A DNA stretch of 64,000 nt from Lama guanicoe (taxonomy: Eukaryota): positions 279,241-343,240 of the forward strand of contig MU053934.1 in NCBI GenBank assembly GCA_013239625.1, read 5' to 3'. The translations under genes were made by a program, and so were the position numbers. The notes under the pieces were generated by a model, which did no database searches, had not been told where the DNA came from, and saw only the letters and a program-made list of their open reading frames with translations. Positions 38,424-51,719 of the stretch are shown here, one piece after another. The stretch's first letter is position 1. Every line of letters starts with the position of its first letter.

Positions 38424-38910
38424 TATATCTGTTAGCACTGCTGTGTAACAAAACACCCCACACATAGTGGCTTGAAGGTGCTGGTGGGCAATATGGCCTG
38501 ACTCAGCTGGGCTGCTCTGGATCTGGTTGGGTGTGACTGATCTCTTGGCTGGTCCTGCTCAGCATCTCCCCTCAGCTGGTGCCTCAGCTGGCACTAGCTA
38601 CTATATGATGGTTTTGCCAGTCCTCATAAGACAGCTCAGGTGACAGGGGCTTCGATCTGCATGGTCCCCCACCCTCTGACAGGCTCGCCCAGGCTTGTTC
38701 ATATCATGGCAGAAGGCTTCCAAGAGCAGCAGAACAGTGAGCCCCAATGCAAGCGCTCTCAGGTCTCTGCATGTAGCATGTTGTCTCCTGTCCCATTGGC
38801 TGAAACAAGTGACAAGGGCTGCCCAGATTCTTCTTGATGGGAGGGGCTGCAAAGCCATGGTCCAGGGCACAGGCATAAGGAGGGGAAGAACTTTTGGCCA
38901 TTTTTGCAAA
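38424..38910 (-). mobile_element. MLT1G/H-like MaLR LTR
   Basis: TGCTGTGTAACAAAACACCCC...TAGTGGCTT start and GTCCCATTGGCTGAAACAAGTGACAAGG motif. Confidence 0.8.
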
Positions 38911-39019
38911 CGTGCACACATGTTCACAAACATACACGTGTACGTTTTCTACTCATATCCCACGAGAAAGTACTCGCAGTATGTCTGCAAGGAGAGCTGG
39001 GAAGTGTTTTCCTGTCTGC

Positions 39020-40000
39020 TGAGCCACTTTCCAGCTGCATCTGTATTAGTGTGGAAGGGGAAAATGAACCTTGGTGAACAGTTAGCTGCCTCTGTTTCAG
39101 GAATTTTGTCAAGACTGCCAAGTAGGAGTCTGTAGCGGGCTGTACCCATTTGTATTCCACCAGCAAAGCCCGAGAGGGCCCTGGCATCACCAACAGAATG
39201 TGTTCCTGAATTTACAGATTTTCACTAACCTAAGAGTCCAAAAATACTATCTTGATATATTTTTTATTTGCATTACTTTTCAAAAAAATTTTAAGAAGGG
39301 GAAGTTGAGTCTCTTTTTATGTTTAAGGACCATTTGTATTTCCTCCTCTCTGAACTGTGGATTCATATTCTTTGACCATGGTTATTGGTCTTTTTCATAT
39401 TAATTTCCAGGAGTTCTTTGTCTATAATTTTGAGATTAGCCCACTGTCTGTGACATGAGTCATAGGCATTTTCCTCTGGGTATATCTTAATGACAGCCAC
39501 TACATTAGCCACCATGTGGCTGCCCTCCTGTTTTAAATGTCACCATTTGTCAGAAGCCTAATAGAGGTAACACCTACTTAGATGCTATGCCATTATTTGC
39601 ACTGTCTATCATATCATCTACTGTTTTCTGTTTGCATCACTGTTTCCTAGTGTTTTCTCCCAGATTAAAGTCTTTTAAAAATTTTTTGAAATAATTAAAG
39701 ATTCACAGGAAGTTGAAATATAATGCAGAGAAGTCCCATGTACTCATCACAGAGATGTCTTTGATGGTGATGTCTTGGATAGCTACAGTACAATATCCAA
39801 ACTGGGAAACTGACGTGAGTACCACGTGTATACACCACTTTGTCGTATGTGTAGATTCATGTAACCATCACAGCAATCAAGATACATCACCACAAAGATC
39901 TCCCTAATTCAACCCTCTAAAAATCACAGCCACTCCCTTGCACTTCCCCCACATCCCACCATCATTCTCAGCTCCTGGAAATCACTAATACTATTTTCTT
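39020..40000 (-). mobile_element. Ancient L1M fragments (about 39020-39500 and 39680-40000)
   Basis: GCTGTACCCATTTGTATTCCACCAGCAA and TTTTGAAATAATTAAAGATTCACAGGAAGTTG antisense L1 motifs. Confidence 0.75.
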
Positions 40001-41431
40001 TTCTAATCTGTTTAGTTTTTTCTTCATACACTTTCATTGTATGAAATCTCCTCTAGTGCTCCAAGCATAGGATTAGATGTAAAATTTGCTTACTCAAGCA
40101 GACAGAGCAGATTTCTGACTCATTCCTGGGATTACATCACATCTCACCCATCATCATTTTCTTGAGCTCCCACATTCTCTGCAACCACCCCTTTCCAGAG
40201 CTACCTCAGGTGCCAGACAGTGGTCTTCCATCCCAGAGGTCTCAGGGTCAGCCCATCTCTTGTCTCACTCCAACGTGGGTGTGAAGAAATGGGATGACCC
40301 CTGGAGGTCTGAGATGGCGCCTTCCCTCTCCCTGGTAGCTGAAGCCACCGGTCTACCAAAATTTGCAAGGCAGAGATTGAAAAAAATAACTCTCAAGTTA
40401 AACAGAAGTCATAAGGAGAGCTCAGCCCAATGGGAGAAGGCACAGTACAGGGACCTTTCCCCCCATGTTTATCTACTAAATTCATCTCTGGTTGGCAGAG
40501 GGAGTTGGTTCTGGTAAAGAAACCCAGCAAAAGGGACTCTAGAGAATTTGTCTGAAGCACCCCCGAGACGGTTAAGCATTTGTTAATTTAGTACACAGCC
40601 CTAGTGGCTTAGGGAGGGTTTCAATGTTTCATCTTGGTCTAGAATCTTTCCATTAAGCAGAGTCTTGTCATAAAGCTCGAAGTCTTACCTCAGTTAAGAG
40701 GAATAATTAGGGCCGGGAGGAAAGAGGATGAGACTCAACCCTGACCCCGTTCTGGAAGGTCTCCTAACAGACTCTGCCATCAAGAACAGAGGGGTCCCTC
40801 AACCTTCTGGCAATCGTGTGCTCAGTTGGACCCTTTAAGATCTAGACCCAGAGAAAACATGTCTTCAATGAAATAGCCTCCTAGGCAAATTCCAGTACCC
40901 CCTCCCCAGGCCATGGTGTCAGCACAATCTACGGCCTGGAAGGTGTGACCACCAATAAGAGACCAGAGGTGTTCAGAACCTTGATTGTGACTACTGTGCA
41001 AAGGGAAAAAAAAAACAGAGAGATGGAAGCAAGCCGAAAGCTGCAGGAAACAGCTCCTCAGATAATTCTGCTGCATGTCACTGAAAATAAAGGAAAACAA
41101 AAGCAAGTGATACACAACGTGAAATTAGGATGCAGGCCCCAGGCATGGGAATCTATCCATTAGATAGCATCCTGCCTTTAGTTCATGGGTAAACAACTTC
41201 GTCTGTTCCCAGGTGACCCCTCTTACCGGGGGTCCTTTGTGTTTCAATCCAGTGCCCTGGACCCACTCATCAGGTCTGAACTGGTGCCCAGAGTGGCTGC
41301 AGTGACGAGATTCTGCAGCTCTCTGCTCCACATTAGTCACCTGTTTCACCTGTCTGATTAGCTGGCATGCAATGAAGATACAGGGCATTGGTATTCTCCG
41401 CACACGAACAGCTCAGTCTAAGATAGAGCTT

Positions 41432-42069
41432 TGCAAATGATGCGGTCACTTTGGCACAGTTTGGCAGTTCCTCAAAATGTTAAACACGGAGTCACCATAT
41501 GACTTAATGATTCCATTTCTAAGTACATTCCCAAGAGAACTGAAAACATACGTCCACACAAACCCTGTGCGTGCGAATATTCATAGCAGCGCCATTCACA
41601 GTGGCCCAAAGGTGGGAACAACCCAACTGTCTATCAGCTCATGAACACATTAAAAAAAATGTGGCTTATCCATACCATGGAATATGATTGGACCATAAAA
41701 GGGGATGAAGGACAGATACACGCTACAAGATGGAAGACCTTGAGAACACTATACTCGGTGAAAGAAGCAAGTCACAAAAGATGACATGTTGTATGATTCA
41801 ATTTAGATGAAATATGCAGAATAGGCAAATTCTAGAGACACATTACTGGTTACCATGGGCTGGAGGAGAGAAAGATGGAGAGTGAACAGCTAACGGGTTA
41901 GAGGTATCTAATCTGGGGTGATTAAAATACTCTAAAATTAGAAAGTGGCGATGGTTGCACAACTCCGACTATTTGAATATACTAAAGTCACTGAATTGCA
42001 CACTTTAAGAGAATATATTTTATGGTATATGAATTATATCTTTATAATGCTGCTATTAAAAAAAAAGAA
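41432..42069 (+). mobile_element. L1MB-type LINE 3' end
   Basis: CAGTTTGGCAGTTCCTCAAAATGTTAAAC...ATGAATTATATCT and A-tail; TSD core ATAGAGCTT at 41423-41431 and 42070-42078. Confidence 0.93.
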
Positions 42070-43074
42070 ATAGAGCTTGTCCAGTAAATAAGTGCCTGCT
42101 AAAAAATTAGTATTAGGGGAAAAAAATCAAAGCAAAGTTAACCAATATGCTTACAACTTGGAAGGTGAGCTAAAGTGATTGGTCTCCATCCCAGACATTA
42201 CAAATGACAACAAAGAACCTTCTGCCCACTTTTCAGTGTCTTCCTCCATTCACAGCCTGATCCACTGCTTAGTCATTCATGTTTTGAGATTCAAGAAAAC
42301 CAGAGGCAGCGAGATGACATCTGCTAGTTCCGAAGAAGCAGAAGTGGCATCAGAATCTGGTCACTCACCCCATTAACCATTCATTGCTTCCAGAAAGATG
42401 TGTATGCCTACTTTGTCCACAGCACTTAAAGCTCTGTCTTCAAGAGCTTCTAGTCTAATGACGGAGGTGCACATGGGGACATTTTACATGATTGCAGTGC
42501 AAGCTCTTAAAGAGGTTTGTTCTGGACACAGATGGCATGTACATAAAGGAGAGATGGACCCTGCTTGGCTTCGGGACAGAAGGGTGGACTTTGAAGAGGG
42601 GGTGATGTTCACCTTGGTTTGGGGTCTTTGGAGGCATTGATCAGAGGAACCAGTCTAGGATGGTCATCTTAGTTTACACTTCAGTGAGGCTCCCCGACTA
42701 AGGGTTTGGCTTGGAGTGAAAATTCTGCGGAGTACGAGGTCCGGAGAGTGGCTGCAGTGCACGCAACACAGGATGGCGTTGGCACCGCATGGCGCCCTGG
42801 GAAGAGCTCACACAGAGAAGCCAAAACACAGTCCTTAAATCACATAGACCATTCAAGTCTTTCAGGGAAACTTTGATTTATTCTGTTTTCTTTTACTCTT
42901 AGGAAACCAGAACTTTTCATTTCCTGGAATCCCTTCTGTTCTTCTTGTATACTAATTAATCAAATGACTCAATTAAGCCATCACTCAATTAAAAAAAAAA
43001 CAAAACACCAGGCAAGGTGCTGGGAATGCAAAGGTGGTGTCACAGACTTGCTCCTGTGCAGCTCACTGTTCAGC

Positions 43075-43258
43075 ATAGCGCTCTCCAGAGTGTAGCCCAA
43101 GGACCACAGCCCTGCCGCCAAGGGAGGTGGTTAAAAATACACATCCCAAGGACAAATCCTAGTAGGTCGGGGAGCCAGACCTGGAAATCTGCTTTCCAGC
43201 AAGGATGTCCCATGTGCTTCTGGCTGGTGGTCCTGAGAACAACCCTGAGAAACACTGG
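43075..43258. mobile_element. MER5-like hAT-Charlie element
   Basis: AGCGCTCTCCAGAGTGTAG...GGTGGTCCTGAGAACAACCCTGAGAAACACTG. Confidence 0.6.
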
Positions 43259-43819
43259 GACAATGACAATGATACTATCCCATGGCAGGGGCTCCCAAGG
43301 GCCAGGCGGCTGACACCATGGATGCACAGAGGAAGGGCAGATGAGATCCATCCTCCCCATGGCAATCCATTTTCAGATGACTCTTTCTTGGTGGGTGGTT
43401 GCAGGCTGGGGATCAGTTCACAGACTCCCTCAAAGATGAGCATCAGCATTAAACGCTGTTGTCGTCTTTCTCCATCAAGATGACTTACCGTGTCTTGGTA
43501 TCAGATGTGACAGCTCTGGATCCAGACTCTGAGTGCCACAGATGCTGAGGCTCCCAGGCTCCTCTGTGGATGATCACCTGCCCAGATGCTGACCCCATTA
43601 AAGGAAGGTGACAACATACACAGAAAGGGACTGTTTGGCCCCTTGGCCAAAAGGAGATACAATAACCAAGGGAAAAGATAAAAGAGGAGAGAGGAGGCTC
43701 AGTTGGGGAGGAGGAAGAGTGAGTGAACTGGCATTTCTAAATGACAAATCACACCCCACCCCAGGGTGGGACACAGCCAGCTGTCAGCGGAGACGGGTTT
43801 CCAGTTTGGAAGAGCAGAG

Positions 43820-45000
43820 CAAACACCAGCTCTGGTGTCAGCATATTTCTGGACTTGAACAAATAGCTTCATCTTTCTGGGTCCCCTCAATTTGCTTCTC
43901 TGTAAAATCAGAATGTTAATATCGATCTCTCAGGCTGCTGGAAGGATTAAATATGGGGGAAAAGGTTCTAGCAACAGACCTCCGCACAAAGTAACGTACC
44001 TGCTTTCTTCTTCAAACTATGGGTTCTAGGGGGTCAAATTTCACAGAATTTCCAGTATTAAGGATAACAGTAGATTATTTAATGGGTGTCTACTAAGCGC
44101 CAGGCCTTGTTCTAAGCATTTTGCATACGAGGAGTCACTTAGTCTGTACGGCACTCCTGAGAGGCAGTTACTGTTATCACCCCGATTTTTGAAGGTGGAG
44201 AAGCTCACCAACTACAACAATTATTGTATACCCACCAAGAACAAGGTGCAAGCTATCCTCTTTCTCTTTTCCTTCCCCAGTATCCTTTTTTTTTTTAACT
44301 AGTCATGTCTTACCAGAAAAAGAATTCTCCAAAGAGGAAGTTGAAAACTTGTATTTTTCAGGAGAAGAAACGGCGATCCCACTCTAATCCCTGACTCATC
44401 GCCATTGAGTGTCATCATGGCCCTTCGCCTTGGCAACCAACCCCCTCGCTCTCTACGCTTCCCCCTGCTACGTGTCCCTTAGGTCAAACCAGCCCAGTGT
44501 AATCCCAGCTCCACCACTAAGGTCCACCAAAATGCAACAGCTAGAATTATCTTCCTCATTTACTGTGGACACGCCATTACCCACATGGGATCCAGTCAGG
44601 AGCACCACGTGGGCATGTGGTGCCCAAAATGACGGTGGACAGTGAAGTACACACGAGACAGAAAGTGGCCCTGATGCGTGTAGCTGATGGCAGGAAAGGC
44701 AGTGTGGCTCACAACCCACGAAATCGCTACAGAAACTGGGCTGAACTGCTTCCCTGACGTTGGCCTTAGTTTCTCCCTCTGTGAAATGAGGGCAAGAGAT
44801 TGGGCCATTTCTAAGGTTTGCCTGACCAGACAGCATGTGCAGTTCACTAGAAGACTGTGGTATGAGAAGCCAGATGGCAAAAGAAGCAGCATACAGGCTT
44901 CAGAGTCAAACCTAAACCTGACCACTGACTCTCCTTTGCTGTCTGTGTGTCCTTGGGAAAGTTACTTATCCTCTCTGAGTCTCCCTCTTCTCTTCTGATA
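43820..45000. mobile_element. Cluster of about four MIR fragments separated by unique sequence
   Basis: MIR cores near 43880 (+), 44100 (-), 44770 (+) and 44950 (+; GTGTCCTTGGGAAAGTTACTTATCCTCTCTGAG). Confidence 0.7.
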
Positions 45001-45490
45001 AAAGAACCAAGCTTTATGTTCAGGCAGGTGGAAATTCCCAATTTCAAGAAAGGCAGGTCTCTACTGTTTCCTGGGTCTGACTAATAATCTGCATAAACCA
45101 GTCATGGTGATCTCCTTCCCTACTAGCAGTGATAGAGTCCGAGATTCAGTCTATGACCAATTTCTAAACCATGGGAGGTAAAGGGAAGTCTGCCATGGAG
45201 AGCCTTCTCCTAAATAAAAAGTCAGGGCCTCTTGGAGAAAGAATTTTGGCCTTGCTTCTTCCTTCCTGCTTGAGACCCTGGGGGGAAGACAAGATGTCTG
45301 GGGTTATGGCAGCCATCTTGCCGCCAAGAGGCAAGGAGCACAAAGACAAAAACCCAATATGCTAAGAATGAAAAAAGATGGAAAGAATCTGGGGTCTTGA
45401 TGATGTTGTTGAGCTGCTGCCCAGGCACTGGACTCCCTGCCTCCTCATGGCTTAAAGCACAGTTACCTGCAGCCAAAATCTCTCCTAAGG
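45000..45490 (+). mobile_element. MLT1J/K-like MaLR LTR
   Basis: ATGGCAGCCATCTTG...GATGGAAAGAATCTGGGGTCTTGATGATGTTGTTGAGCTGCTG. Confidence 0.75.
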
Positions 45491-47164
45491 GAAATGATAT
45501 AAATAGCATTTGGCCAAGAAGATGAAAAAATGAAGACGTGCATTTTCTGTCTGTAAAGACTGTTTTGCTGAGGCATTTTTTTAAGTTATCAGATAAATTT
45601 CCTAATAACACCATTTCTACATTTTTCTGCTGAACCAAAAATGAAAACAGAACAATCAGGTGAAAATTTCCTTCTGTTCCAGACACTCTGTCCTCTCTGG
45701 CCTTACACAGTTCAGCTCACTTAGGCACTGAGAAGCTAGGCATATTTGCCTTCTCATGACCCTGAAGGCAGCAACATCAGATTCACCAGAGTACAGGCCC
45801 CACTCCAGTACCCACAGAATCTGAATCTTCAAGGACGGGGACCACGATCTTGAAAGCTCCCCAGGGGCCACACTTTGATGTACATTCAAATGCAAGAAAC
45901 ACCAGCCTACATGATGGGCTCAGGATTCTGGTGCAATTATCTGGTTCTTCGGTCATTTTCCTGCGATTAGAAGGACAGTATCCTATTGACTGGCCATGAA
46001 GTACCACAGTGTGCACACCAGGAGTTCAGGTACTACACAGACTGACCCTCCACCCAGGCATTCAGTGGTGACAGGCACTGATATCTGGTTCTCACGAGAG
46101 ATGTGCCTCTCTGGAAGACTGGCTTGTCCTGACTGTATCACCACCTCCTCCTCTATAACCTGACACTGGACCATATCGAGCCAGAGACACTGCACTCGTG
46201 GACAACTGGGACCCTCACTCCGAGTACAACCCTCTCACATAACATTACATCAATTAGTCTCCTCCGTACCTGGGGGCTAGGCACCACTGTGACCTCTACT
46301 TCCTCCTGAGGAGTCTAGCCGAGGTTAGGCTCAAGGTCATAAAGCTAGAAAATGGCAGAGTGTAAGGGAAGCTGGTTTGTGACTGCTGCCTGCTGCTGCC
46401 CCCAGGCAGAGCTTCTGGTGAACCAGGATCCTTTTTCCTAGAGGAATGCCGACTATCTGGCGTGGAGTACAGAAGCTCCCAGGCAGCAGTGAAAGCAGAC
46501 TTCAGTTACTCAAAGGACAGTCAGAGGAGGCTCAGACAACCTCGGCTATAAGGTCTTAAGGACAGAACTCAAACCAGAGACAGGAAGTAAGACAGCCATG
46601 GGGTTACGCTTATGCAAGGCTGACTCAAGAGGCCCAGAAACAGAGAAGACGGTCTTCCTTCCAAGGGATGCAGACAACACAGGCCTCGTGCCTGCCAGGC
46701 ATTCCAGTGGATGCACACAACAGAGGCTGCACACCTGCAAGGCGGGGGTTGTAAGGAAGGGCTTGAAGTCTCAGGACCACCAAGAAGATCCAGAAAGCTG
46801 TTTTAGCCCAATTCTGAAACAAACTTAGATGCAACAGTGGTGTACAAACTCTGATATGCTTGGGACGTAGTGAACATTTAGCTAATATTTGCTAAGTAAG
46901 TGAACTGAATACAACAGGGGTGAGGAGGACCGGATATACCCTTTATTTCATCCTCCATCATGGGCTACTGGTCTTAACCTCTGTAAGTCCTTCTTTTCTT
47001 GTACAGTGAGCTCCATGGGCTTGTTAGTCTCTGCGTGTCCCATCTTCCTCACCTGTAACACGTGTTATTCTGATCTCTGTCCCCACAGGCTCCGGGCTGG
47101 GACTCCGCATGTAACAGGTGCTGCGCTTCACCAAAGGGTGATGAAGCAAGTCATGGACTTTTAC

Positions 47165-47660
47165 TGGGTCCATCTATCAGGGTACAGTCAGGAAACAGGA
47201 ATCCCACACCAAGGAACCTTAATAAAGTGCTGCTTGCCAGGTATGGGGGCGCTGTAAAAGCAAAGAGGCAATAGCACCTGCCAGGGACCACTGCCAGAGG
47301 GCTGAGCCAATACAAGGAAGGGGTTAGGATTGCTAGACTTTTTGGAGCTCAGAAGGGGGGCTCACAGCACAAGGACCCAGCCTCTGAGAAGGGGGCAGCC
47401 CAATGCAGGGCTGCAGACTGGAATGAACCGCACAACCAGACAACAAAGCCCTGGTGGGACGGTTCTGCCAAGAACAGACAGCGGACAAGCAGGAGCAGAC
47501 CCTTCTCCCCCGCCGGCGCCCTCTTGCCCCGGTGGGGAGAACCTCCCAGGAGCCGCAGGCAACACTGACGTGTTAGCAGAGTCCCAGCCCAGGGTCACAC
47601 AGCGGAGTCCGGAACGGTGGGATGGAAACTGAGAGTAATGACCTTAAATGAGCACAGCGG
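47165..47660 (-). mobile_element. Possible old ERVL LTR
   Basis: TATCAGGGTACAGTCAGGAAACAGGAATCCCACACC...TTAATAAAG resembles an antisense ERVL LTR end. Confidence 0.4.
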
Positions 47661-48290
47661 GGATGGAGTCTCCCAAACGTCAGTGCCGGACTCTCCTGCT
47701 GGGTCATTTCCCCAGAGACGGCCCAGTTTTCGGTCTGGAGGATGCAGAACCAGCCTGAACTTCCTAAGTACTCAGGAGAGGAGGCGCTGCTGAGGGGGAA
47801 TTCTCTTTCAGGATGCAGACTTTCAGGTCATCTCCCTAGTTTCACTCCGGCGCCTGGCCCAGCCCCGTGGGTGCGCGGTGAGCTGTGTCTGGAGCCGCCG
47901 TGGATGCAGCGTGTCCCAGGACAAAAGCTCCAGCGCTGTGTGGGGCTGACGGCGGGCTGGGGTTCCCACCGTTTCTCATCTAAGACTATCGACCGACCGC
48001 CTCATACTCAGACCCACTGCATGCTGTGCTGGGGGTACTCCAAACCTCTCAGGGCTCAGCCTCGCCTGGGGTCACAGAGCCATGCACCTGTTTGCTGCTC
48101 TGAGAGGCCAGATCCCACTCCTCCACCTGCACTCTGCTTCCCAGACTTAGTGATGCCTCTTGTCTGTCCTTCTTTCTTCCGATTATCTTAGTCCTTGTAA
48201 ACTATGTCTTTTCTTTACTCCTTTCCTTCCAGTTTCGTGGCCTCTGGGAAGGAAGAAAAATTAGCTCACGTGTCCAATCTGCCCTCTTCT

Positions 48291-48440
48291 ATAATTTACA
48301 TTTTTATAACTTTATAATTTACTTTTAAAAACTTTTTCCTAATGTTTTATGCTTTTTTGTAATTTACATTTTTAAATGTAATTTAAATGTTTTATAATTT
48401 ACATTTTTTTAAAAAAAAGCTTCATAATTTGCATTTTTAA
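48291..48440 (+). repeat. Degenerate AT-rich repeat, six copies of about RTAATTTACATTTT
   Basis: Copies near 48291, 48314, 48359, 48378, 48394 and 48424. Confidence 0.8.
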
Positions 48441-49220
48441 AAAGGCATTTTGTGGGTCACCTAAACCCCACGTGTAAGCCAAACTCATCCACTGGGCCAG
48501 GGCCTGTGACATGTGCAAGGCAAGGCAATTCTGCACCCTGAACAAGGGAAAGCCAAAATAATTTGGGTCATTTTGCTTGGAAAGAGAAGGCGGAAGAACA
48601 AATTAACGGTGAAGAAAAGACCATTTGAGGACAGCTCCCAGCTGTTCCTTTGCTCTGAGAACAGAACCAAAGGGTCTGAGCCTGAAAGTGCAGCATAAGG
48701 GATTTCGCCCGGACGAGAGGAGAAGTCACCTCTCACCTGGAGCACTGCGGGGGCCACAGGGTCTCCCCACCTGCGACCCCTCCCTCTCTAAGCAGCCTCT
48801 GTGCTGTTCGTCACCCCGCCCCCTGGTTTAGACCCTCTAAACACAACAGAGCATGTGTTCAATTGCTGCCCAGTTAATTATAGATAGATGGACATGCCGG
48901 GGCCTGCGCCGCGCACCGGGAGACAGTGATGTGGACAGACGCGGTCCCTTCCCCGGCAGTGAGCCAGAAACAGACAAGTCCACAAGCCCTTTCAGTACGA
49001 CGTGAAACCCACCTGTGATTGCTTCTCTTTTCTCATCTTTATCTGCTTCCTGGCCCTAATGTGTGCCAGTCCGTGGCTAAGCCGCATGTTAAAGTTTACA
49101 CAGGAAATCGTCACTGGAACCCTGTGAAGTTGCTGCTTCAGTCTGATTACTTCCATTTACCCCCAATTTTACACATGAGGTTTAAAGAGGTGAGGTCATC
49201 TGAAAAGGCTGGTTAGGTAC

Positions 49221-50500
49221 TGCTTTAGTTTCCTAACTGCTGTCACGTGCTATCACAACCCCAGTGGCTTAAAAACCACACATTTATTCCCTCACGGTTC
49301 CGGAGGTCAGTACAAAATCCTAGTAGACTAACGTCAAGGTGTCGGCAGGGCTGCGTCCCTCTGGAGGCTCTGAGGGAGACTCTGATTCCTCACCCTTTCA
49401 GTTTTGGGTGCTGCCTGCATCCCTTGGCTCTTGGTCCTCAACATGCATCACTCTGGCCACTGCTTCCATCATCACATCGCTTCTCTCTGCAGTCAGATGT
49501 TCTTCTCCTCCTCCTCCAGGGACACCATGATCTGCTTTTACTCATAACACCGATGACACCAAATGTGTAGGCGGTTTCCTCCCACCAGCGAATTCTCTAA
49601 CTGGACACCAACTGGGTGTCCTATCACCCAATTTGATTCTGACCCTTACTACCCAGAGTCAGCATGGACCCCACAGGTGGAGGGCTCAGACCTACAAGAT
49701 TCCCTCACTTTGGATGCCAGTCAGCAGTATCGGATCCCTAGGGTACCCACACCTCTGTCCAACTTGGCTAGAAAGTCGGGGGTTCCCACGACCCTTGCCT
49801 TTCAGATTCAATAGTTTGCAAAACTCACAGAACTCAGGAGAGCACTTGACTTCCTATGACCAGTTTATTACAAAAGATTCAACTTGGGAACATCCAAACG
49901 GAAGAGATGCCTAGGGTAGGTGTGTGGGAAGTGGTGCAGAGCATCCGAGCTCTCTCTGGGTAGACCACCCTCCCAGCACCTCTTTGGATTCACCAACCTA
50001 GAAGTTTACTGAATCCCACTGTTTAGGGATTTTTAATGAAAGTTCCATCACATAGCAGGATTGATTAAATCACTGGCCAGTGGAGATGATTAACTCCATC
50101 TCTAGCCCGTTTCCCCTCCCAGGAGGTTGGCGGTATGTGGCTGATGGTTCCAAATCTCTAATCATGCCTTGGTCTTTCTGGCGATCCATCCCATCCTAAA
50201 GCTGCCTTGGGGCCAAGGGTGGCCTTGTTAGAATAAAAGATGTTCCAATTACACAGGAAATTCCAAAGAGTTTAGGAGCTCTGTGTCAGGAAATGGGGAC
50301 AAAGACCAGACATATATTTTTTATTCGATCACAGAGACCCATTACACTTAGGGCTCACACATAGAGTCCAGGACAGTCTCCCCAAGCAAGATCCTTTACT
50401 TAATCCTGCCTGCAAAGTCCCTTTTGCCACACAGGTTAACTTTCACAGCTTCTAAGGATTAGGATGAAGATACCTTGGGGGTAGGATTCTTTCCACCACA
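49221..50500 (-). mobile_element. MLT1C/D-like MaLR LTR split by MER21 (pieces about 49221-49527 and 50334-50500)
   Basis: TG...CA ends; CAAGGTGTCGGCAGGGCTGCGTCCCTCTGGAGGCTCTGAGGGAG and CTGCAAAGTCCCTTTTGCCA motifs; TSD GGTAC / GGTAA. Confidence 0.88.
49528..50333 (-). mobile_element. MER21-family solo LTR
   Basis: Minus strand begins TGTGAT...ATATATGTCTGGTCTTTGTCCCCATTTCCTGACACAGAGCTCCTAAA as in recalled MER21. Confidence 0.85.
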
Positions 50501-51386
50501 GGTAAAAAGGGGAAGGCCTGGGATTCAGACCCAGTACCTGAAGGTCAAGTTCAACCACACTGCACACCCGCTTCCCCATGAACCATGAGTTCCAGTCACA
50601 CCAAATTTACCCTCAGGACCATTCTTCCATGGTTTTTCCAAGGTGTTTCTTTTGCCTGCAATTCCCTTCTACTTGGCCTCTTGAAAACTCCTACTTAACC
50701 TTCAAAGCCCAGCTCAAGTTCTTCTCCTCTGTATCCTTTTCCTGCCACTCCTGAGCAGAGCTGGTTCTCCACCTTTAATGCCCCCACAGCACTCTGGTCA
50801 ACTCCCCAGATGAGTAGCAACTCTGTAACTCTGCAGTTATTTCTGCTTCTTTCTCCCCCTTTCTATTTATGCAAGAATCCCTTTCTTTGTGGACTGTTCA
50901 GTATCTTCCATATCCAACTCTACCTGCCACCTTGAAGGTGTTCAAGACACATTCCTGAATTAAACTAAAACTAATTAAGAAAATAAATAAGTGGACTGCA
51001 TTATAAAAGGCAGACTGTGCAACCTTCCCCAAAGGTTAAGTAAAAAAAGGGAACTAGGACACCTTCATTTTTCTCCTATTAATGTACTGAGCCCAATGCT
51101 GAGCATTACACTGGCTACTGGGAACACAGAGAGGAATAAAACGAGACGTAGGGGTCCCCTACTATGTGTGTATTGTGCTTGACACTGGTGGCCACACACG
51201 TTAGCTCATTTAAGTGGAGGTCTGCCAGATGCGAGGGAAGCAGCCAAAATGATGTCCCTGTGGCCCCTTCCAGCACGTGGATTCTAGAAAATGAGCGTAT
51301 GATCTCTTCTCTCATTCCTGGCAGCTTTTCTGAATTTCAGAATGCTTAACGCGGAGTGAAAAGGCATCTTAAGAGACCTTCCAGTC

Positions 51387-51719
51387 CAGCGTTTTTGAAA
51401 CTAGAGTCTGCTGCACATTAGGGGGTTGTGAAAATAACTGAGTGGCTTTCACAAGCATTTTAAAAATCAAAATACATCAAATAAAGAGAAATATAAAAAT
51501 TCATGGAACATAGTAAGGTTAAGTATTGTTTTATGAAACTCTTGTTTAAGCTGCACATCTATGTAATGAGTCTCTACATACGTATGTGTATATATGTACA
51601 GATGTATGTGTGTGTGTATGTGTATATATATATATATACACACATACACACATTTTTTATTGTGATGTAAAATTAATTTCTTACTATAGGATACAGCCAA
51701 AAAGGTGTGAAAAGTACTG
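51387..51719 (+). mobile_element. Non-autonomous hAT-Charlie element with an internal (TA/TG/CA)n tract
   Basis: TIR-like CAGCGTTTTTGAAAC / GTGTGAAAAGTACTG; GTAAGGTTAAGTATTGTTTTATGAAAC core; subfamily uncertain. Confidence 0.7.

Noticed and set aside
48291..48440. Spaced direct repeats as a CRISPR-like array
   Set aside because: The units are low-complexity and irregularly spaced, with no unique spacers or cas genes, in a mammalian context.
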